Numbered from the stretch's first letter, positions 1-10,452 are shown. The stretch: DNA of 32,000 nt from Bacillus subtilis subsp. subtilis str. 168 (GCF_000009045.1 NC_000964.3:1380001-1412000), one strand, 5' to 3'. Notes: generated from the letters alone by a model not told the origin. Translations and numbers: made by a program.

Positions 1-852
1 ACCCTTTGCCTGAAGACAGGGAACGCGGTTGTGCTGCGGGGAAGCTCCTCAGCCATCCACAGCAACAAAGCGCTCGTCAGTGTCATTTACAGAGCACTTG
101 AGCAATCAGCGCTTCCGATTCACGCTGTGCAGCTGATTGAGGATACGAGCAGAGAGACAGCAAAAGAGCTCTTTACGTTAAATGATGGCTTAGACGTATT
201 GATTCCGCGCGGAGGCAAGAAACTGATTGATCTCGTTGTGAGAGAATCAACAGTTCCTGTATTAGAAACGGGAGCAGGAAACTGCCACATATTCATTGAC
301 GAAACAGCCAAACCGCAAATGGCAGAAAAGGTTGTTGTAAATGCCAAAACGCAGCGCCCTTCTGTATGCAACGCGATTGAATCATTGCTGATTCACAAGG
401 CTTGGGCAAGACAGCACGGAAAAGAATTGCTGGACCAGCTGGAAAACGCGGGAGTTGAAATTCGCGGTGATGAATTGGTATGTGAACTTCATCCTTCAAG
501 CAAACAAGCATCAAAAGAAGATTGGGAAACCGAATTTTTAGCGCCTGTCCTCAGCGTAAAGACGGTTGAAAACGTCCAAGAAGCTGTAAAGCATATCCAA
601 CAATACGGCACCAATCATTCTGAAGCGATTTTAACTGAAAATGACAAAAATGCGGTATATTTTCAAACGGCTGTCGATGCTGCCGCTGTCTATCATAACG
701 CGTCAACCCGCTTTACCGACGGCTTTGAATTCGGCTACGGAGCCGAAATCGGCATCAGCACGCAAAAGCTTCATGCAAGAGGACCGATGGGGCTTCCTGC
801 ACTGACTTCTACAAAATACATCATTAAAGGAACTGGGCAAATCCGTGAATAG
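1..852 (+). CDS. proA: Gamma-glutamyl phosphate reductase, 3' part (5' end outside window)
   Basis: The reading frame is open from base 1 ([25 protein letters not shown]...) to TAG at 850-852. ProA motifs such as [46 protein letters not shown]. Confidence 0.95.
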   Translation, partial: TLCLKTGNAVVLRGSSSAIHSNKALVSVIYRALEQSALPIHAVQLIEDTSRETAKELFTLNDGLDVLIPRGGKKLIDLVVRESTVPVLETGAGNCHIFIDETAKPQMAEKVVVNAKTQRPSVCNAIESLLIHKAWARQHGKELLDQLENAGVEIRGDELVCELHPSSKQASKEDWETEFLAPVLSVKTVENVQEAVKHIQQYGTNHSEAILTENDKNAVYFQTAVDAAAVYHNASTRFTDGFEFGYGAEIGISTQKLHARGPMGLPALTSTKYIIKGTGQIRE

Positions 853-868
853 CGGGGTAATGTTCAAT

Positions 869-906
869 GAAAAAGCTTATCTCATTACGAGATAAGCTTT
901 TTTATA
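869..906 (+). terminator. Rho-independent terminator after proA
   Basis: AAAAAGCTTATCTC attac GAGATAAGCTTTTTTAT hairpin plus T-run. Confidence 0.85.
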
Positions 907-926
907 CGCGAAAAATTGACATTTCA

Positions 927-955
927 AATTTAATTGTGTACAATTTAATTGTATA
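927..955. promoter_or_regulatory. Probable OhrR operator upstream of ohrA
   Basis: AAATTTAATTGTG TACAATTTAATTGTA: AT-rich tandem/inverted repeat matching the known OhrR box (TACAATT-AATTGTA), 20-50 bp upstream of the ohrA ATG. Confidence 0.8.
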
Positions 956-977
956 AAATATATTGGGGGAATGAAAA

Positions 978-1403
978 ATGAGTCAGCCATTATTTACCGC
1001 AACTGTTTCAGCGGTAGGAGGAAGAGAAGGAAAGGTCATTTCATCAGACCGCGTTCTTGAGCTTGATGTCGCAATGCCGGGGACACCGAGAGCCAAGAAA
1101 TTAGAAAAAGCGACAAATCCAGAGCAGCTGTTTGCAGCAGGTTATGCAGCTTGCTTTGACAGCGCCCTGCAGCTTGTCGCAAGAACAGAACGGGTAAAAG
1201 TAGAGACAGAGGTTACAGCAAATGTTAGCCTGTTAAAGGATGAAGCGGACCAGGGCTATAAGCTGGGTGTGACGCTGCAAGTAAAAGGAGAAGGAGTCAG
1301 TGCATCAGAATTGGAGGCGCTTGTGAAAAAAGCGCACGGCGTCTGCCCGTACTCAAAAGCAACCTCCGGAAATATTGATGTGACACTTGAAGTTGCTGAA
1401 TAA
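978..1403 (+). CDS. ohrA: Organic hydroperoxide resistance protein (OsmC/Ohr family)
   Basis: 141 aa; Ohr motifs NPEQLFAAGYAACFDSAL and HGVCPYSKATSGNIDV; SD GGGGGAATG upstream. Confidence 0.95.
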   Translation: MSQPLFTATVSAVGGREGKVISSDRVLELDVAMPGTPRAKKLEKATNPEQLFAAGYAACFDSALQLVARTERVKVETEVTANVSLLKDEADQGYKLGVTLQVKGEGVSASELEALVKKAHGVCPYSKATSGNIDVTLEVAE

Positions 1404-1406
1404 ATA

Positions 1407-1443
1407 AAAAGAGGATGCCTGTACAAGGCATCCTCAATTTTTT
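1407..1443 (+). terminator. Terminator between convergent ohrA and ohrR
   Basis: AAAAGAGGATGCCT gtaca AGGCATCCTC aattttttt. Confidence 0.8.
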
Positions 1444-1877
1444 TGATGAAGTGTTTCCAGTAATGTATATAGAGCGGACTTTAACTGTTTGAGATCCTCC
1501 CCAGACTGCTTTGAGAGCCCCAGAATTGTCCCTGGAATGTCAACCGCTTTTTCTTTTAATAACGCTCCGTCCTCTGTCAGGCTGATCAACACGGACCGCT
1601 CATCCTCTTCAGATCTTTTTCTCGTAATCAAACCCTGTTGTTCCATTCGTTTAAGCATCGGAGTGAGCGTTCCTGAATCTAAATACAGCTGTTCGCCCAT
1701 TTTTTTGACAGTAAGCGTTTCATGTTCCCATAACAAAAGCAAAGCCAAATATTGAGGGTATGTTATATTCAGCTTATCAAGCAGCGGCTTGTATTGCTTT
1801 GTCATCTCCCGCGAACTCGCATATAGCAAAAAACAAAGCTGATTCTCCAATTTCATATGATCAAATTTATTTTCCAT
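1434..1877 (-). CDS. ohrR: MarR-family organic peroxide-sensing repressor
   Basis: Start taken at MENKFDHMKLENQLCFLLYASSREMTKQY (147 aa). Contains the redox-sensing Cys in NQLCFLLYA and a MarR wHTH (LDSGTLTPMLKRMEQQGLITRKR). The ORF track extends 4 codons upstream. Confidence 0.95.
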   Translation of the reverse strand: MENKFDHMKLENQLCFLLYASSREMTKQYKPLLDKLNITYPQYLALLLLWEHETLTVKKMGEQLYLDSGTLTPMLKRMEQQGLITRKRSEEDERSVLISLTEDGALLKEKAVDIPGTILGLSKQSGEDLKQLKSALYTLLETLHQKN

Positions 1878-1959
1878 TTTGTTCACCAACTCTTTTTTGT
1901 CATTCGATTCTATTGTATCTGAAAAACCTCACTTTTCCTATTCTCGGCAAACATAGCAT

Positions 1960-1983
1960 GTTTAAAAAGATCAGAAAGGGAAA
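1960..1983 (+). promoter_or_regulatory. Candidate SigB-type promoter of ohrB
   Basis: GTTTAA - N12 - GGGAAT, close to the SigB consensus GTTTAA-N12-14-GGGWAW, about 37 bp upstream of the ohrB start. Confidence 0.7.
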
Positions 1984-2019
1984 TATAACAACTAGATACA
2001 AATAAGGAGGTTGGGAAAT

Positions 2020-2430
2020 ATGGCACTATTTACAGCAAAAGTAACCGCGCGAGGCGGACGAGCAGGACATATTACATCAGATGACGGTGTTCTTGATTTT
2101 GATATTGTCATGCCAAATGCCAAAAAAGAAGGACAAACCGGCACAAATCCGGAACAGCTCTTTGCGGCAGGGTATGCTGCATGCTTCGGCGGCGCGCTCG
2201 AACACGTAGCCAAAGAGCAGAATATCGAAATTGATTCGGAGATTGAAGGGCAGGTCAGCCTCATGAAGGATGAGAGCGACGGCGGGTTTAAAATCGGTGT
2301 CACACTTGTTGTGAACACGAAAGATTTAGATCGGGAAAAGGCACAAGAGCTTGTCAACGCCGCTCATGAATTCTGTCCTTACTCAAAGGCAACCAGAGGA
2401 AATGTTGATGTAAAACTAGAATTAAAATAA
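2020..2430 (+). CDS. ohrB: General-stress organic hydroperoxide resistance protein (Ohr family)
   Basis: 136 aa from ATG 2020 (MALFTAKVTARGGRAGHITSDDG...), AAGGAGG SD upstream; paralogous to OhrA. Confidence 0.95.
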   Translation: MALFTAKVTARGGRAGHITSDDGVLDFDIVMPNAKKEGQTGTNPEQLFAAGYAACFGGALEHVAKEQNIEIDSEIEGQVSLMKDESDGGFKIGVTLVVNTKDLDREKAQELVNAAHEFCPYSKATRGNVDVKLELK

Positions 2431-2431
2431 T

Positions 2432-2466
2432 GACCGGCATCCTGAGGATTCTCAGGATGTTTTTTG
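2432..2466 (+). terminator. Probable ohrB terminator
   Basis: GGCATCCTGAG gatt CTCAGGATG TTTTTT. Confidence 0.8.
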
Positions 2467-2648
2467 GTGTCGGACATGCGGGGCGGGCACAGATTTATGA
2501 TAAAACTTCAGAGAAGCGTTTGAAGCATGCCTTTAAACCAAAAGTTACAGATGAAGCGGGTGGCTGGCACGGTGTCTGCCGTGCTGAATTGCGCGTATAT
2601 GCTGTTTTGTATTTGCACAGGGCATAGCGGCTACTTGGAGAAATAACA

Positions 2649-2676
2649 AGGACCAGGCCGCGCATGCCTGATCCTT
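2649..2676 (-). terminator. Probable terminator after guaD (read on minus strand)
   Basis: Inverted repeat AAGGACCAGGC...GCCTGATCCTTTT adjacent to the guaD stop. Confidence 0.6.
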
Positions 2677-3147
2677 TTAATATTCTTTCTTATTGGCGAA
2701 GTTCCGCCATGCTTGAAACGGGGATAAATGCTCTGTTAGTGTCACTTGATAAAAGGGGATCGTTCTTTCTTCAGCAGGTTTATCAATTTCTTTATAAATG
2801 AATGAATCATCAAACCCGGCTTCGGCAGCGTCTGTGTGCTCAGCTGCATAGAAAACGGCTTTAGGCCGGGCCCAGTAGATGGCGCCCAAGCACATTGGGC
2901 ATGGTTCACAGCTCGTATACAAAATGCAGTCATCAAGCTGGTAGGCTCCTAGCACCTTACAGGCTTTCCGAATAGCTGTGACTTCCGCGTGGGCAGTCGG
3001 ATCATTGCTTGTTGTGACGTTGTTCTGTCCCTCTGCAATAATGGCTCCGTCTTTCACGATAACGGCTCCAAAAGGCCCGCCGATTCCTGCATTCACTCCT
3101 TCACATGCGAGAGTGACAGCCCGTTTTAAGAACGTTTCATGATTCAT
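2677..3147 (-). CDS. guaD: Guanine deaminase (cytidine/deoxycytidylate deaminase fold)
   Basis: 156 aa from MNHETFLKRAV; zinc motifs HAEV and PCPMC (SCEPCPMCLGAIYWA). SD GGAGGGATT upstream of 3147. The longer ORF-track start at 3318 runs through the metE terminator. Confidence 0.95.
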   Translation of the reverse strand: MNHETFLKRAVTLACEGVNAGIGGPFGAVIVKDGAIIAEGQNNVTTSNDPTAHAEVTAIRKACKVLGAYQLDDCILYTSCEPCPMCLGAIYWARPKAVFYAAEHTDAAEAGFDDSFIYKEIDKPAEERTIPFYQVTLTEHLSPFQAWRNFANKKEY

Positions 3148-3281
3148 CCCAATCCCTCCTGTCAATAGAGTGTTATTAGTATAGCCGAAAAGAATGCAAA
3201 GAACATTCTTAAAAAAGTGCAAAATAAACAAAGTATTTGGGGGATTTGCTAAATAAGAAACCGATTGTGGCTGTATTATAG

Positions 3282-3317
3282 AAAAAAACCATCTGCCAAA
3301 TGCAGATGGTTTTTTCA
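3282..3317 (-). terminator. metE terminator
   Basis: AAAAAAACCATCTGC caaat GCAGATGGTTTTTTT, immediately after the metE stop. Confidence 0.85.
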
Positions 3318-3319
3318 AA

Positions 3320-5608
3320 TTATACTAGCTGTGTCTGCTGTGCTCTTGCCTGTTTTGCGGCTTCAACCATATTTTTCAATGCTGCAACCGTTTCTTCCTG
3401 CTGTCTTGTTTTCAATCCGCAGTCTGGATTTACCCAGAAGCGGTCAGTCGGACAGACGGCAAGCGCATCAACGATAATATTGTACATTTCTTCAGTTGAC
3501 GGCACACGAGGGCTGTGAATGTCATATACACCAAGGCCAAGCCCTTTCAAATACGGGTGGTTTTTTAAGTAATCTAAAAATCCTCCGTGGCTTCTGCTAT
3601 GTTCGATTGTAATCACATCGGCATCAAGATCATTGATTGTATCAACGATATCTTCGAAGTTGCTGTAGCACATATGTGTATGAATTTGTGTCTCGTTTTT
3701 CACGGAAGAAGTGGTTAATCTGAAAGCTTCTGCCGCCCAAGTCAAATACTCATCCCAATCGCGGGTTTTCAATGGAAGGCCTTCACGCAGCGCTGGTTCA
3801 TCGACTTGAATGATTTGAATGCCTGCGTCTTCAAGCGCTTTAACTTCTTTGCGAAGGGCAAGCCCGATTTGGAAGGCGATTTCTTTCCTCGAGATGTCGT
3901 TTCGAGGGAAAGACCAGTTTAAGATTGTAACCGGGCCCGTCAGCATTCCTTTCACATGCTTGGAAGTCAATGACTGTGCGTAGACTGTGTCTTTCACTGT
4001 CATCGGTTCAATAAATTCAACATCTCCGTAAATGACTGGCGGGCGGACACAGCGTGAGCCGTATGATTGAACCCAGGCATATTTAGTGAAGGCGAAACCG
4101 GCCAGCTTTTCACCGAAGTATTCGACCATGTCTGTCCGTTCAAATTCGCCGTGAACAAGGACATCAAGCTCCAATTCTTCCTGAATATCAATCCATCTTT
4201 TTGTTTCCGCATTGATAAAGTTTTGATACTGTTCATCGGACCACTCAGCTTTCCGCCATTTTTGGCGTGCGCTCCGCACTTCAGCAGACTGCGGGAAGCT
4301 GCCGATCGTTGTCGTCGGCAAAAGCGGAAGGCCGAGAGATTCATTTTGTAGGGCTAAACGTTCTTCAAACGGAATCGGGCGCTTGAAGTCTTTATCAGTT
4401 AATTGCTCAAGCTCTTTCTTTTGTTCAGAATTGGCGCCTGTTGCAAACTGTTTAAGCGCCTGGATATCAGCCTTAGCCTGCTGAATCTCTTCGCTGATCG
4501 CCGCTTTTCCTGATACTAAGCCTTCTTTCAAAGCTGTCAGCTCGGCCAGCTTTTCTTTTGCGTAGGATAATCCGTTCAATAGGTCTTTTTCCAAATGCTC
4601 ATCAGGGTGTTTCGCTACTGGAACATGCAGCAGGCTGCTGGAAGGCTGAATCCACAGTTCATCAACTTTTGCAATGCTGAGAATATCAAGAACGGCATCG
4701 AGACGCTCTTCAAGGTCCGCTTTCCAAATGTTGCGTCCGTCGATAACGCCGGCTGCCAGCACTTTATCTGTCGGGAAGCCATGTGTTTTAAGCTGTTCCA
4801 GGTTTCTGCCTTTGTCGTGAACGAAATCAAGGCCAATTCCCTGAACCGGGTAAGAGATCAGCTCTTCATAAGCATCAACAGAATCAAAATACGTCTGCAA
4901 AAGCACATTCAAGGATGAAAGCTCACTTGTAATGCTTTCAAATAATTCTTTTGCGCCGCGTACATCTTCACTAGAGGCGGTAACGAGCGCCGGCTCATCG
5001 ATTTGAACCCATTTTACGCCTTCTTCTTCAAGCTCTTTCAAAAGCTGTACATATAATGGCACAAGGCGTTTTTGGATCGCTTTTGCTTCAGACGGTTCAT
5101 AGCCTTTAGCAAGCGTAACGAACGTATAAGGGCCGACAATCACAGGCTTTGTTTCCACACCGTATTCCTGTTTGATCCGGCGATAATCTTCGAGTTGTTT
5201 GTTTCTTGTCAGACGGAACTCAATGCTCTCGTCATATTCCGGAACGATGTAATGGTAATTTGTATTAAACCATTTTGTCATTTCACTAGATACAGCGTCT
5301 TTGATTCCGCGGGCGATAGCGAAGTATGTATCGGTAGCGTCAGTCAAATGTCTGAACCGTTTCGGGATCCAGTTGAAGCTGACTGCTGTGTCGAGTACAT
5401 GGTCATACTGTGTGAAATCAGAAACAGGCACAACATCAATCTGCTGGTCAATTTGTGTTTTTACTGCGGATAAAAATAGTTCGTCGATTTGCTTCAAAAA
5501 CGTATCTTTATCAGTACTGCCTTTCCAATACGCTTCAAGTGCTTTTTTCCATTCCCGGTTCAGTCCGATTCTCGGAAATCCTAAATTCGATGTTTTGATG
5601 GTTGTCAT
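3320..5608 (-). CDS. metE: Cobalamin-independent methionine synthase
   Basis: 762 aa; MetE N- and C-terminal signatures ([67 protein letters not shown]). Confidence 0.97.
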   Translation of the reverse strand: MTTIKTSNLGFPRIGLNREWKKALEAYWKGSTDKDTFLKQIDELFLSAVKTQIDQQIDVVPVSDFTQYDHVLDTAVSFNWIPKRFRHLTDATDTYFAIARGIKDAVSSEMTKWFNTNYHYIVPEYDESIEFRLTRNKQLEDYRRIKQEYGVETKPVIVGPYTFVTLAKGYEPSEAKAIQKRLVPLYVQLLKELEEEGVKWVQIDEPALVTASSEDVRGAKELFESITSELSSLNVLLQTYFDSVDAYEELISYPVQGIGLDFVHDKGRNLEQLKTHGFPTDKVLAAGVIDGRNIWKADLEERLDAVLDILSIAKVDELWIQPSSSLLHVPVAKHPDEHLEKDLLNGLSYAKEKLAELTALKEGLVSGKAAISEEIQQAKADIQALKQFATGANSEQKKELEQLTDKDFKRPIPFEERLALQNESLGLPLLPTTTIGSFPQSAEVRSARQKWRKAEWSDEQYQNFINAETKRWIDIQEELELDVLVHGEFERTDMVEYFGEKLAGFAFTKYAWVQSYGSRCVRPPVIYGDVEFIEPMTVKDTVYAQSLTSKHVKGMLTGPVTILNWSFPRNDISRKEIAFQIGLALRKEVKALEDAGIQIIQVDEPALREGLPLKTRDWDEYLTWAAEAFRLTTSSVKNETQIHTHMCYSNFEDIVDTINDLDADVITIEHSRSHGGFLDYLKNHPYLKGLGLGVYDIHSPRVPSTEEMYNIIVDALAVCPTDRFWVNPDCGLKTRQQEETVAALKNMVEAAKQARAQQTQLV

Positions 5609-5682
5609 TGTTTCTCCTCCTTTATATGTAAAACACTCTCTTTCACCCGCGGATACAGGCTGCTAAGAGGTTTTCTCACAAC

Positions 5683-5718
5683 AAAAAGCCTCTTTCCCAT
5701 GAGAGAAAGAGGCTTTTC
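5683..5718 (-). terminator. Intrinsic terminator of the metE S-box leader
   Basis: Read on minus: AAAAGCCTCTTTCTC tcat GGGAAAGAGGCTTTTT. Confidence 0.88.
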
Positions 5719-5735
5719 TACGTAAAACACTGCCT

Positions 5736-5891
5736 CTCTCATCTCTCAGACACAATCTGATGGAATTAGCACCGTGCCTTATGAGACATCAGTCTCGGCG
5801 CGAAAAGCAGTGCGCCCCATTTCACAATGGTATTACGGTCGGTTGCTGTTGGGGTCAAAAGGCCAATCCCTCGCCCAACTCTCGATAAGAG
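5736..5891 (-). promoter_or_regulatory. SAM-I (S-box) riboswitch aptamer, metE leader
   Basis: On minus strand: CTCTTATCGAGAGTTGGGCGAGGGATTGGCC...GACCCCAACAGCAACCGACCG...GGCACGGTGCTAATTCCATCAGA...CTGAGAGATGAGAG. P1 arms CTCTTATC/GATGAGAG pair over 8 bp. Confidence 0.95.
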
Positions 5892-6023
5892 AAAATGTTA
5901 TTAATTTTTTGAAAAGTTGAATCATTTGTTGGTAATCTTAACAGTAATTCAAATTCATTGTCAACATAGAATTTGAAATTTTTATTTACATGATGTGGTG
6001 TATATTATATAAGAAAAATAATC

Positions 6024-6983
6024 TTATAGGGTCAACAAATGTGATTGCTCTGCTTTTTCTGCGAGCTCATCAGGAGCTGTTAAATACAGGAATCCATTGC
6101 CTGCCAGCGTTTTTGCAATATCAAGAGGAAGTGTCCTGCGGATTAGCTGTGCGAAAACCTCAGATTCAGAAAGCTTTCTTTGAAATGATTCTTCTTCATA
6201 GCTTTTGATTAAAGCAAGCGCACCGCTGACATGAGGGGCAGCCATTGAAGTGCCGGTCAGCTTACCGTACTTCTTGTTGGGAAGGGTGGATAAGATGTTT
6301 TCTCCTGGTGCCACAAGGTCAATCTCTTTATTCGCGTTAGAAAATTCTGATAATTCTCGCGCTACAGAAACAGATCCAACTGCAATCACTTCATTATAAG
6401 CTGCGGGGTAGGAAAGCTCTTCTGTGCGTTCGTCGCCGTCACCTTCATTTCCCGCTGCACAAACGACAAGCACTCCGTTTTTCACTGCGTTTTTCACTGC
6501 TTCTTTTAGCTCTGGCACATCGCTTGGCCCTCCAAGGGACATTGAGATGATGTCGACTTTCTGTTCCACCGCGTAGTTGATGCCGTTAATTATCCATTCG
6601 TATTGTCCGCTGCCGTTCTCGCCGCCAAGAACCTTCACAATCAATAGGCTTGCCTCAGGCGCGACTCCGGCAATGCCTCCGTTTGAATCATTAGCTGCAA
6701 TTGTTCCGGCGACGTGTGTGCCGTGTCCGTTGTAGTCGGAAATCGCATCTTCCTTGCCGCCGTCGTCATCCGTGAAGTTCTTTCCGCCGATGATTTGATT
6801 TTTTAAATCAGGGTGGCTTGTGTCGCAGCCTGTGTCTAATACAGCAACTTTAATATTTTTGCCTTTTACCCCTTTTGCCCACATTTCTGGCGCCTTAATC
6901 ACTTTAATGCCCTCAGGAAGCTCGTTTACATCCATGATCTGCTCATTCGTCACATACGGGATCAAGCGGATTTCACCATTCAT
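6024..6983 (-). CDS. ispA: Major intracellular serine protease (subtilisin family)
   Basis: 319 aa from MNGEIRLIPYVTNEQ; catalytic D/H/S motifs VAVLDTGCDTSHPDL, NGHGTHVAGTIAA, LTGTSMAAPHVSGALAL; no signal peptide. Confidence 0.95.
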   Translation of the reverse strand: MNGEIRLIPYVTNEQIMDVNELPEGIKVIKAPEMWAKGVKGKNIKVAVLDTGCDTSHPDLKNQIIGGKNFTDDDGGKEDAISDYNGHGTHVAGTIAANDSNGGIAGVAPEASLLIVKVLGGENGSGQYEWIINGINYAVEQKVDIISMSLGGPSDVPELKEAVKNAVKNGVLVVCAAGNEGDGDERTEELSYPAAYNEVIAVGSVSVARELSEFSNANKEIDLVAPGENILSTLPNKKYGKLTGTSMAAPHVSGALALIKSYEEESFQRKLSESEVFAQLIRRTLPLDIAKTLAGNGFLYLTAPDELAEKAEQSHLLTL

Positions 6984-7205
6984 AAAAAAGCCCTCCTTTT
7001 TTATGCTTGCAAGTGGATTCAAGGGTGTTGCCTCATATTATATGAAAAAAGCAAGCGCTCGGACAGAGCCATTTGAAGCATTTTGAAAAAATAGGATACA
7101 CACCAAAGAATTAGTAATCTTCAAAATATTGGATGGCTTCAACATGTATGACTGGGATTCAACTGTAAGTCAAGTTATAATAGTGTTGGGGAAAGGAGCA
7201 GTGTC

Positions 7206-8039
7206 ATGAAACTGAATGAAAAATTATATGCATTTTTTTCAGAGCATGTGGAACAAATGGCCGAGGAATGGATTGAAACGATGGAGGAAAGTGATCCGAA
7301 TTCGCTTTACGCCCTACATAATGCAACAGTAACGGAAGAATTGAAAGAGCAGGACAGAGAATTTTACCGGCATCTGAATTACATGTATGTTTTACCGGAA
7401 AAACAATTTCTCGAAGAGTTTCAAGAGTGGGTCATTGAGCTGACCAACGATCAAAAACATCTCGACACACCGGTTCAGTATGTCATTCGGGAGTTTATGA
7501 GAAACAGGAGATTATATACGAAGTATTTTGAGAAGTTCGCAGAAGAAAATGAATCAGCGTTTGAACCGGGAGAGAAGCAAAAATGGGCAGATTTGATTGT
7601 AAAAGTATTTGATTTCACCATTTATACATTCGTTGATCACGCTGAAATGAATGCCAAGCAGCAATTAAACGCCCAAAGAGAAATGATATTGGAATTAAGC
7701 TCACCTGTCATTACCCTGAGCAAATCAACAGCTCTGCTGCCGCTTGTCGGTGACATTGATACCGAACGGGCGAAGTTTATTCTGGAAAACACGCTTCAAG
7801 CTTGTGCGAAAAGACGTGTGGAGCATCTGTTAATCGATCTGTCAGGTGTTGTTGTGGTGGATACGATGGTGGCGCACCAGATCTTTAAATTGATTGAGGC
7901 GCTTAATCTGATCGGTGTCCGGTCAACCCTGTCAGGAATCAGGCCTGAAATTGCGCAAACTGCTGTACAGCTGGGGATTGACTTTTCGAATATTACTATT
8001 AAAACCAACCTTGCCCAAGCATTAAACTATCATCAATAA
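7206..8039 (+). CDS. rsbRB: Stressosome co-antagonist, RsbR paralogue with C-terminal STAS domain
   Basis: 277 aa; N-terminal non-heme-globin-like region plus STAS (SSPVITLSKSTALLPLVGDIDTERA... LLIDLSGVVVVDTMVAHQIF). SD AAAGGAG. Confidence 0.9.
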   Translation: MKLNEKLYAFFSEHVEQMAEEWIETMEESDPNSLYALHNATVTEELKEQDREFYRHLNYMYVLPEKQFLEEFQEWVIELTNDQKHLDTPVQYVIREFMRNRRLYTKYFEKFAEENESAFEPGEKQKWADLIVKVFDFTIYTFVDHAEMNAKQQLNAQREMILELSSPVITLSKSTALLPLVGDIDTERAKFILENTLQACAKRRVEHLLIDLSGVVVVDTMVAHQIFKLIEALNLIGVRSTLSGIRPEIAQTAVQLGIDFSNITIKTNLAQALNYHQ

Positions 8040-8040
8040 A

Positions 8041-8071
8041 AAAATCCGCTATCTGTGATAGCGGATTTTTT
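8041..8071 (+). terminator. Terminator between convergent rsbRB and ykoC
   Basis: AAAATCCGCTATC tgt GATAGCGGATTTTTT. Confidence 0.9.
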
Positions 8072-8834
8072 ATGATGCGAAACATAAAGATACGAGAAAG
8101 GATCCCGCGAATAATAAGAGGACGAGGCAAAAGAACACCCAGTCGCGCCGGTTCACGCTCAATGTCCTGTAGTATGTCCGGTTTCTGCTTCCTGTAAATC
8201 CTTTCGATTCCATCGCAAGCGCTGTCCGTTCCGCTTTTCTGATGGCGCTTGCCAATAGCGGTATGGTATATCGTTTTAACGCACTGATTTTATTAATGAT
8301 GCCGCTCTCCGCCGCTCCTCCTCTGATTTTATGAGCCTGCTGAATCAGCTGGACCTCATCCTTTAACAGCGGAAGAAAGCGAAAGCCTGCAATGACACCG
8401 TACGCGAGCTTTGGTGAGAGCCTGCACTGCTGGACAAGGCTCAGCATAAATAGAATCGGATCGGTTGTAAAAACAAACATCATCGATAAGGCGGAAAAGC
8501 ATAAAATACGAAACCCGAGAGAGATGCCGACAGACACATTATCGCTGTTAATGGAGATAGGGCCTGCTTGAAACAAAAAATTATCCGGTGTTGTCGGCAC
8601 TTTTCCAAAAACTGCGGCTGTCCACACGCATCCGAATGCTAAAATCAAAAACGGAATCGTAAACAACAACCATTTTTTCAATGGGATTCCGGCCGCCAGT
8701 AAAACGCCCGCAACGATGATGATATAAAAACATGCCGGAGTGTAAGGGTTGTAAATAAACGACAGCATGACGACACAACAAAAAACCGCCGCCGCTTTCA
8801 CAGTCGGATTAATGAGATGTAACGGTTGCTTCAT
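8070..8834 (-). CDS. ykoC: ECF-type transporter transmembrane (T) component, thiamin precursor (HMP) uptake
   Basis: 254 aa from [13 protein letters not shown]; CbiQ/EcfT-like multi-TM protein with A-R-G-like cytoplasmic motif ([12 protein letters not shown]). The ORF-track start at 8987 is an overlong extension. Confidence 0.88.
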
Positions 8835-10452
8835 CACGCACCTCCTCTTGAAATGCCATCCATTCATATAGAAGGGGAAGGGTGAGCTTTGCTTTTTGAA
8901 CAAGCCCTGTTTCTTGAGAAAACAACTGCGCTGGAGATCCGTCAAAGGCCAGGCCTGTATCGTGAAGCACAAGCACGCTGTCAGCATACGAAGAGACTAG
9001 CTCCATATCGTGTGTAATCATAAGGACAGCAGTTCCCTCTGCCTTGATACGTTGAATCATTTCCATGCATTCAGCCGCCGTGCGGGCATCCTGGCCAAAG
9101 GTTGGTTCGTCTAATAATAAAACCTTTACGTCATGCATGAGCATAGTAGCTACGCTCAGTCGCCGTTTTTGCCCTTGGCTGATCGCAAACGGATGATGAT
9201 CAGCCAAATGCGCAAGACCAAAACGCTGCAGCAGGTGTTGCGCTTTTTTCTCAGTTTCAGCATTTGCTTTCTGGCCGAACAGAAGCTCGTCATACACCGT
9301 ATCGGTGACGAATTGATGCTCAGGGTTTTGAAAAACAAATCCCATCCGTTTACGCAATTCTTTTTCTTTATATTTCTGCAGCGGCTGATCATAGAGAAGG
9401 ATTTTGCCGCTTTGCGGTTTCATGAGACTGGCCAGAACTGATAGGAGCGTCGATTTTCCAGTTCCGTTCGGACCGACAAGCGCCGTTAAAGAGCCTTCGC
9501 GCAACGAAAAGCTGATGTCTTTGAAAATCGCCTGCTGTCCTCTCGCGAACGAAAGGCTGCTGACTTCAAGCACACTCTCCCCAGAAGGGGCTTTCTTCTT
9601 TTTGACATGCCCGGCAGGAATAGGCTCTTTGAACAGCATCTCTTTTGATAAAGTAAACGGCATACTCAGCTTTTCCTGCAGATGACAGACCTTTGGAATG
9701 GCGATGCCCAATTTCTTTAGTGTCTCCGCTTCATGCTGAAATAGATTTTTCGTCAGGCCATCCAGTGCCTTTTTGCCTGATTTGTCGAGTACGATCGTTC
9801 TCTCAATCCAAGGCGCCCATTCATCAAGCTGGTGCTCAATGACGAGGAGGCTGAAACCTTTTTCCCGCTGAAGATCCTTCATCAGATGAACGAACTCCCG
9901 AGCTGAGAAAGGGTCTAAAAGAGAGGTCGGCTCATCTAAAATAATAAGCTCAGGCTCCATCGCCAAAATACAGGCGAGAGCCACTTTCTGCTTTTGTCCT
10001 CCTGAAAGGGTTGAGATCATTTTTTCTTTTAAATGGGTAATGCGTAATTTTTCTAATACGGCGTTGATTTTCTCTGTCATTTCTTCTTTTGGAATTTGCA
10101 GATTTTCCAGCCCGAACGCTATTTCGTCCTCCACCGTCAGCATGCAGAACTGCTGATCAGGATCCTGAAAAACGACCCCGGCATGCTGAGTAATCGTTTC
10201 GGAGGTTTCAGCATCTGTGACCGGCTTTTGAAATAGAAATACATGTCCGGACTGAATGCCGTCGCAAGCCTCCGGATATAGACCGTTTAAACAAAGGGCG
10301 AGCGAGCTTTTACCGCATCCGCTCGGTCCTAATAATAAAACACATTCTCCTTTTTGAAGCTCAAACGAAATGTCTTGAAAAACCGGTTTCTCGTCTTCTT
10401 CATAAGAGAAGCTGAGCTGCTCAACCGTCAGAAGCTCATCAAAGGCTTGCAT
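8809..10452 (-). CDS. ykoD: ECF-type transporter double-ABC ATPase component
   Basis: 547 aa with two ABC modules: Walker [16 protein letters not shown] and [14 protein letters not shown]; signatures [12 protein letters not shown] and [12 protein letters not shown]. Overlaps ykoC by 26 bp and ykoE by 14 bp. Confidence 0.9.

Noticed and set aside
31-852. ORF-track start at 31 as the proA start
   Set aside because: The same frame is open from base 1 and encodes conserved ProA sequence upstream, so the gene is simply truncated by the window.
1489-1755. Antisense ORF over ohrR, and a similar ORF at 1760..2005
   Set aside because: Shadow ORFs of ohrR and its upstream region; composition not protein-like and no independent signals.
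2430-2627. 65-aa ORF overlapping the ohrB stop
   Set aside because: No SD beyond the ohrB coding end, runs through the ohrB terminator, no recognisable family.
3148-3318. 57-codon N-terminal extension of guaD
   Set aside because: It runs through the metE terminator and lacks conservation features; ATG at 3147 has a clear SD.
4000-5473. Antisense ORFs inside metE (114, 94, 107, 73, 133 and 121 aa)
   Set aside because: Opposite-strand or out-of-frame shadows of a well-supported 762-aa CDS; no SD or protein family signature.
9133-9685. ORFs inside ykoD (102, 78, 93 aa)
   Set aside because: Antisense or alternate-frame to a two-module ABC ATPase with all motifs intact.
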